DNA from: an uncultured Methylomirabilota bacterium
GTDB lineage: Bacteria > Methylomirabilota > Methylomirabilia > Methylomirabilales > 2-02-FULL-66-22
Assembly: GCA_963705305.1 (NCBI GenBank)
Contig: OY970067.1
Span: 5,536,001 to 5,600,000 of the forward strand
Length of the DNA: 64,000 bases
Direction of reading: 5' to 3'
Made by a program: the position numbers and the translations under genes. A model generated the notes under the pieces. The model did no database searches. It was not told where the DNA came from and was given only the letters and a program-made list of their open reading frames with translations. How positions within the stretch are numbered: the first letter of the stretch is position 1; the number at the start of each line of letters is the position of its first letter. Of this stretch, positions 59,804 to 64,000 are shown piece by piece.

Positions 59804-61077
59804 TTAGGCGGATTCCCCCCCTGGCGCTTTCCCTACTCACGCTCTGCGGGGTGACCCTGATCCTTGGCCTTCTTTCCGGCCGGTCAGAGCTGTTCCTGGT
59901 GGCCCTCCCCCTGGTGGCATCCCTCTGCCGAGCAGCCATGGCGACCGAGGTCCCTGAGTACGGCGTGACGCACGAAATCTCGCAGGAGCGGCTCTTCGAG
60001 GGCGATACGCTTCGCGTGACGGTGACCCTCACGGCCCGTTCCCAGACCCCCCTCCTGGAGCTGTGTGAGTCGATTCCCCCCGGGACCGCCCTCGCCGCGG
60101 GGAGCAACCGGGCTCTGTTCAGCCTGCGCCCCGGCCAGCAGGTCCGGTGGAGCTACGGCCTCCGGTGTCTGCGGAGGGGTCGGTTCCAGGTCGGACCCCT
60201 GTATGCGCGGGCCTGGGGATGCTCGGGGCTGGAAACGGCCGAGGGAGAACACGCGGACGCGACCCCGGTGCGAGTTTACCCGCACTCCCTTCCCCTCCGC
60301 GCCCTGCCCCAGCCTCGCCGCACGCAGACCTCGGTGGGAAACTACGTGTCGCCGGTCTTAGGGGAGGGGCTGGAGCCAGGGGAGGTCCGGCCCTTCGCCC
60401 CCGGCGACCGGGTGAAGCACGTGAACTGGCGAGCCTCACTTCGGCTCGGCCGGCTCTACGTCACCCAGTGTCACCAGGAGCGGAACGCCGATGTCGTCCT
60501 GATGCTGGATACGCTCGGGCATGCGGGCCTTTCGCCCAGGAGCAGCCTCGACCTGTGCGCGCGGGCGGCGGCCTCGCTGGCCGGGGCCTACCTGTCGCGG
60601 AAAGACCGGGTGGGCCTCATCGAGTACGGCGGGGTGCTCCGCTGGGTGCGCCCGGGATCGGGGCGGGTCCAGCTCGAGCGGATCCTAGAGGCATTGCTGG
60701 CCGCGGAGGTGATCTTCACTTACGTGGCCAAGGATCTCACCCTGGTGCCGCCGCGGATCCTGCCGCCCCAGGCGCTCGTCCTGGCGCTGAGTCCGCTCCT
60801 GGACGACCGGTTCGTCACGGCGGTGCGGGATCTCGCCGCCCGCGGGTTCGATGTGGTGGTGGTGTGGGTCTCGCCGGTGGCCCTGTCCCGCGAGCTGCTC
60901 TCCGGATCGCTTCTGGACGATCTGGCCTGTCGCCTGTGGACCCTGGAAAGTGAGGAGCAGCTTGCCGCGCTACGCCAAGAGGGCCTCACGATCATCGAGT
61001 GGCACCCCGATCAGCCGCTGGAGCTGGCGCTCAGCCCCTTCGCACGCCATCGTCGGCCGAGGGCGCTGGTAGGATGA
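59800..61077 (+). CDS. DUF58 (vWA-like) protein
   Basis: VRPFAPGD..K.VNWRAS, DRVGL; follows MoxR. Confidence 0.88.
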   Translation: MIRRIPPLALSLLTLCGVTLILGLLSGRSELFLVALPLVASLCRAAMATEVPEYGVTHEISQERLFEGDTLRVTVTLTARSQTPLLELCESIPPGTALAAGSNRALFSLRPGQQVRWSYGLRCLRRGRFQVGPLYARAWGCSGLETAEGEHADATPVRVYPHSLPLRALPQPRRTQTSVGNYVSPVLGEGLEPGEVRPFAPGDRVKHVNWRASLRLGRLYVTQCHQERNADVVLMLDTLGHAGLSPRSSLDLCARAAASLAGAYLSRKDRVGLIEYGGVLRWVRPGSGRVQLERILEALLAAEVIFTYVAKDLTLVPPRILPPQALVLALSPLLDDRFVTAVRDLAARGFDVVVVWVSPVALSRELLSGSLLDDLACRLWTLESEEQLAALRQEGLTIIEWHPDQPLELALSPFARHRRPRALVG

Positions 61078-61610
61078 TTCGATACCTGGGCGGCATCTTG
61101 GTGATGGCCCTTCTAGGGGTCCCGCTTCTGCGGGCGCCCTCCGGGCTGGTCGGCGCCGTGGGAGCGCTGGCGGGTCTATTCTGTATCGGCGGCGTTGTGA
61201 TGCTCTCGATTCCGCTCCTGACGTTCGGTGCGTCGCTGGCACTGACAGAGTACACTCTGGCCCTGTGGCTGGCCGGATCCCCGCCGGATCTCCTCGGCGC
61301 GATTGGCCTCGGTGTGACGCTCTGGCTCCTCTTCGAGGTCACCGGGTTCGCCCAGCGCATCCAGGGTGTCGCCGTGGCTCCGGGGGTGCTCCGCAGGCAG
61401 GCGCGTTCTTGGATCGGGACCGGGATTGCTTTGATTGTCCTCGGCGGCATGGTCGCAATCGCCACAAGTGCCGTGAGGCTTCGGCTTCCCCCATCGGCGT
61501 GTCCGGTCGTGGTTGCGCTCGGCGCCGTGAGCGCTTTTCTCGGTGTGGCGCGCGCCCTGCTGTGCGGCGCAACCCGGTCGGCTCCCGTCCCCTTTGACGA
61601 AGAGCGATGA
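61074..61610 (+). CDS. Hypothetical membrane protein
   Basis: About 6 TM helices; ATGA overlap with DUF58. Confidence 0.7.
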   Translation: MIRYLGGILVMALLGVPLLRAPSGLVGAVGALAGLFCIGGVVMLSIPLLTFGASLALTEYTLALWLAGSPPDLLGAIGLGVTLWLLFEVTGFAQRIQGVAVAPGVLRRQARSWIGTGIALIVLGGMVAIATSAVRLRLPPSACPVVVALGAVSAFLGVARALLCGATRSAPVPFDEER

Positions 61611-61712
61611 CTCGATGTGACATGATTGGATGGGGTTGCATGGGGACGGGGAAGTCGATGCCGGCGGCGTTGAAACGTGTGCAGCAGTGGGTAAATTGGA
61701 TCGCGACCTTCT

Positions 61713-61904
61713 ATCGCGCCAATGGTGCCGGCCGGCCAGCGGGCCTCCCCCTTCGGCGTGTTCACCGCGGATTACGGGCTATCTTGGTTTCTGGAGAGCG
61801 CAGCGATCGGAGTCCTCTACGACATCTCGATACCGGCCACGATTGCATTCTGTGTGACGCTCCAGTGGGCCGCCATTCCGATCTTTGCGTCGGTGCGTCG
61901 TCAG
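61713..61904 (+). pseudogene. C-terminal remnant of a second MFS transporter
   Basis: IAPMVPAGQRASPFGVFTADYGLSWFLESAAIGVLYDISIPATIAFCVTLQWAAIPIF resembles the last MFS helices. Confidence 0.6.
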
Positions 61905-62013
61905 GATAACCGACCGAAAGCCGAGTTATGCTTCAACCTGAGAGACGACGACCGAGACGGCAGGATCGACCGGCACGGTCGCTTCACGCTTCCCAGGACT
62001 CTCCTTCGGAAGT

Positions 62014-62043
62014 TGCGTGGAATGGGTGTGCGTGGAATGGGTG
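62014..62043. repeat. 15-bp tandem direct repeat abutting a -35 box
   Basis: TGCGTGGAATGGGTG x2. Confidence 0.85.
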
Positions 62044-62072
62044 TTGACGGGCTGGCGACATAGTGCTAGATT
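62044..62072 (+). promoter_or_regulatory. sigma70 promoter for riboswitch 2
   Basis: TTGACG-17nt-TAGATT with extended -10 TG; predicted start about 62079 coincides with the aptamer start. Confidence 0.7.
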
Positions 62073-62078
62073 TATTTT

Positions 62079-62125
62079 GGCGACGGAGTCTGCCTAGGCG
62101 CTGATCCGGCGATGATGACTCCTAC
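62079..62125 (+). promoter_or_regulatory. Fluoride (crcB-motif) riboswitch 2
   Basis: GGCGACGGAGTCTGCC...TGATGACTCCTAC; P1 GGCG/TGCC; pseudoknot GGAGTC/GACTCC; competing stem CTCCTACCGGAG/CTTCGGGAGGGG. Confidence 0.82.
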
Positions 62126-62356
62126 CGGAGTGTAGCCAGCTTCGGGAGGGGTTCTCGGATGTTCACGACGCGACTAGCGGCGATCGACCACCCCCCAGAA
62201 CCTCTGTCTTATGTCTTATAGCCCCCCTATCACGATCCCGGGTCTAGAACTATCTTCCGACAAGTTCGGGAGAAGGAGGACCACTCCCTTCTGGCGAGGC
62301 CGCCCCAGCCGCGCTTTCCCTCGTTTGGCACCGTGAGACGGGCGCTCTTTGGACTT

Positions 62357-62904
62357 ATGAAGGGCGGCACAGTTATCGTTGATTGCCTGGCCGAGCGTTG
62401 GCTTAAGGGGAGGGGGGGCCAGCGCTGGGGAAGCCGAGGGGGAGGCTGGATTGAGTCCGGAGATGATCGTGCTCCGCACCTTCAAATGCTGAAGATCGAC
62501 GCGGCCATCTTTTCGCCCGGCTGGAGGAACATCCGGGCGTCCAACTGGAGGTCCTGCGGTCGGCGTTGGTCGAGGCCTGCGCCGGATGGCGGGGCGCGCT
62601 GTTTCTTGGGCGAGGGGTGGAGGAACTCCTTCGCGGCCGGGTTGCCTCTGGGCGCGTGCACGTCATCGCCCCTTTCGAACTGCGGGTCGGACGGATCGAG
62701 CGGCAGGTGAATGTCTCGCGGTCGCGAGCCGAGGAGCGCGTGCGCCGGAGTGACGAGGAGAACGCCTGGTTCTACCGGACATTCTTCGGAATCGATTGGG
62801 GTGACCTACGGCGGCCGGACATCGTGATCGACACGGGGACGGTCTCCGTCGCGGAGGGGACGAGCCTGCTCATGGATGGGCCCATGCTTCGCCAGCCCCG
62901 ATGA
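62357..62904 (+). pseudogene. Cytidylate-kinase-like family protein, frameshifted or decayed
   Basis: C-terminal frame FLGRG...HVIAPFELRV.RI...V..SD.E...FY..FFGIDW.D....DIVIDT; N-terminus in another frame, boundary approximate. Confidence 0.6.
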
Positions 62905-63002
62905 TGTGCCGAGTCGGCCGAGCGACGGACCTCATTTCCCCAGGCGTCTTCCTTTGCGGCGGGCAGAAATCCTCCAGCCCGCAGTACACGAGGTAGAGTG
63001 GA

Positions 63003-64000
63003 ATGACAGCACAATCCCTAGAGGGCCGTCTGCGCGATCTCCTGGCCGCGAAGACACCCGTTTTGCTGGTCGTTTCAGACGATGAGGAGCGAGTTGACGA
63101 GGCGATCCGGACAAGCCTCGCCACCTTGCCTGCGGGAATCGAGGCCTGGTCGTGGACGGTTACCGAGGGCCTGCGGACGAGTCAAACCATCATTCAGGGC
63201 ACCGCGGGTGTCGCAGACGCGCTGAATGCTGCCACCCGGTTGGATCGGTCCGCCGTCTTCTTTTTCAAGGACCTTCATCTCCTGCTGGACAAGCACGACC
63301 CCTGGCTGATCCGCCGGCTAAAGGATCTGGCCGCCTCCTTCCGTGTCCAAGGAAAGGCCCTTGTTTTCCGGTCGCCGAGCATCGTCCTCCCCGACGATCT
63401 GGTCCCCACGGTGGTGGTGGTGGAGGATGCACCCCCGACGCGGACCGAGCTGATGGCTTTGCTCCGGGAATGGAAGGGATCGGCGAAGCAAGATCAGGGG
63501 CCCCCGGCCCCGGATCTTGCCGAGGGCTTCCTTCGAGCTGCCGCGGGCCTCCGACTGTACGAGGTTCGCCGCATCCTGAATCGAGCCCAGCCACAATCAC
63601 CCGGCGCGGAGGATTGGCTTCTCGCCGGACTCGTGGAGGAAAAGGCCCGGTTCGTCAATCGGAGCGGCCTCCTCGAATATGTCCCCTCCGATCTCACCCT
63701 CGAGCGGGTGGGGGGGCTGCAGAACTTCAAGGGGTGGTTGCAGCAGGAGAACACGTCTTCACTGAGGCGGCTCAGCGAGTGGGGCTGAGTCCCCCCCGGG
63801 GCGTTCTCCTAATGGGCATCACGGGCTATGGGAAGAGTGTCGCCATCAAGGCCGCGGCCAGCTTTTGGAAGCTGCCGCTTCTCAGGTTGGACATGACGCG
63901 GCTCTATGGGGGAGAATTTGGCGCGCCGGAAGAGGCTGTCCGCCAGGCCATGCAGCGCGCCGAATCCCTGGCACCGTGCGTCCTGGATGGACGAGATGGA
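63003..64000 (+). pseudogene. Ycf46-like AAA+ ATPase, frameshifted; runs off the window edge
   Basis: FFFKDLH, IRRLKD, SGLLEY, VGGLQNFKGWL; shift near 63745 into PRGVLLMGITGYGKS, LPLLRLD; second shift just before Walker B (PCVL/MDEME). Confidence 0.75.

Noticed and set aside
1..64000. CRISPR arrays, tRNA (including selC) and rRNA genes
   Set aside because: No spaced repeat array or cloverleaf/rRNA signature seen by eye; tRNAscan-SE and a CRISPR finder would confirm.

Overview
GC-rich bacterial window. Gene content (paralogous Liv-type ABC operons, family-B DNA polymerase, DUF6062-like proteins, TatA-zinc ribbon) is compatible with an NC10/Methylomirabilota-like or deltaproteobacterial genome; this is inference only. 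Two regions stand out. (1) 1-6644: a coupled operon of Na+/solute symporter, radical SAM enzyme, metallophosphoesterase, PrdB/GrdB-like selenoprotein (in-frame UGA in a U-G-L-C motif plus a SECIS-like hairpin; the ORF track splits it in two), TVP38/DedA protein, MerA-like flavoprotein and TIGR04283-like glycosyltransferase. It resembles arsenosugar/organometalloid clusters. (2) 49830-64000: an accessory region with two fluoride (crcB-motif) riboswitches, each right behind a sigma70-like promoter. They lead into TPR, DUF6062-like, MFS, HEAT, tandem MutS-domain-V and MoxR/DUF58 genes, and into a decayed cytidylate-kinase-like plus AAA ATPase unit. No crcB/fluc or eriC gene is present in the window. 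Also found: a complete IS1380-family element (18-bp IRs, 5-bp TSD), a 6S-like structured RNA candidate, a promoter-driven hairpin RNA antisense to nth, a terminator-like hairpin in a csp leader, and several frameshifted or remnant genes, some probably assembly errors. No rRNA, tRNA or CRISPR array was seen. Family assignments come from motif recognition by eye, not database searches.
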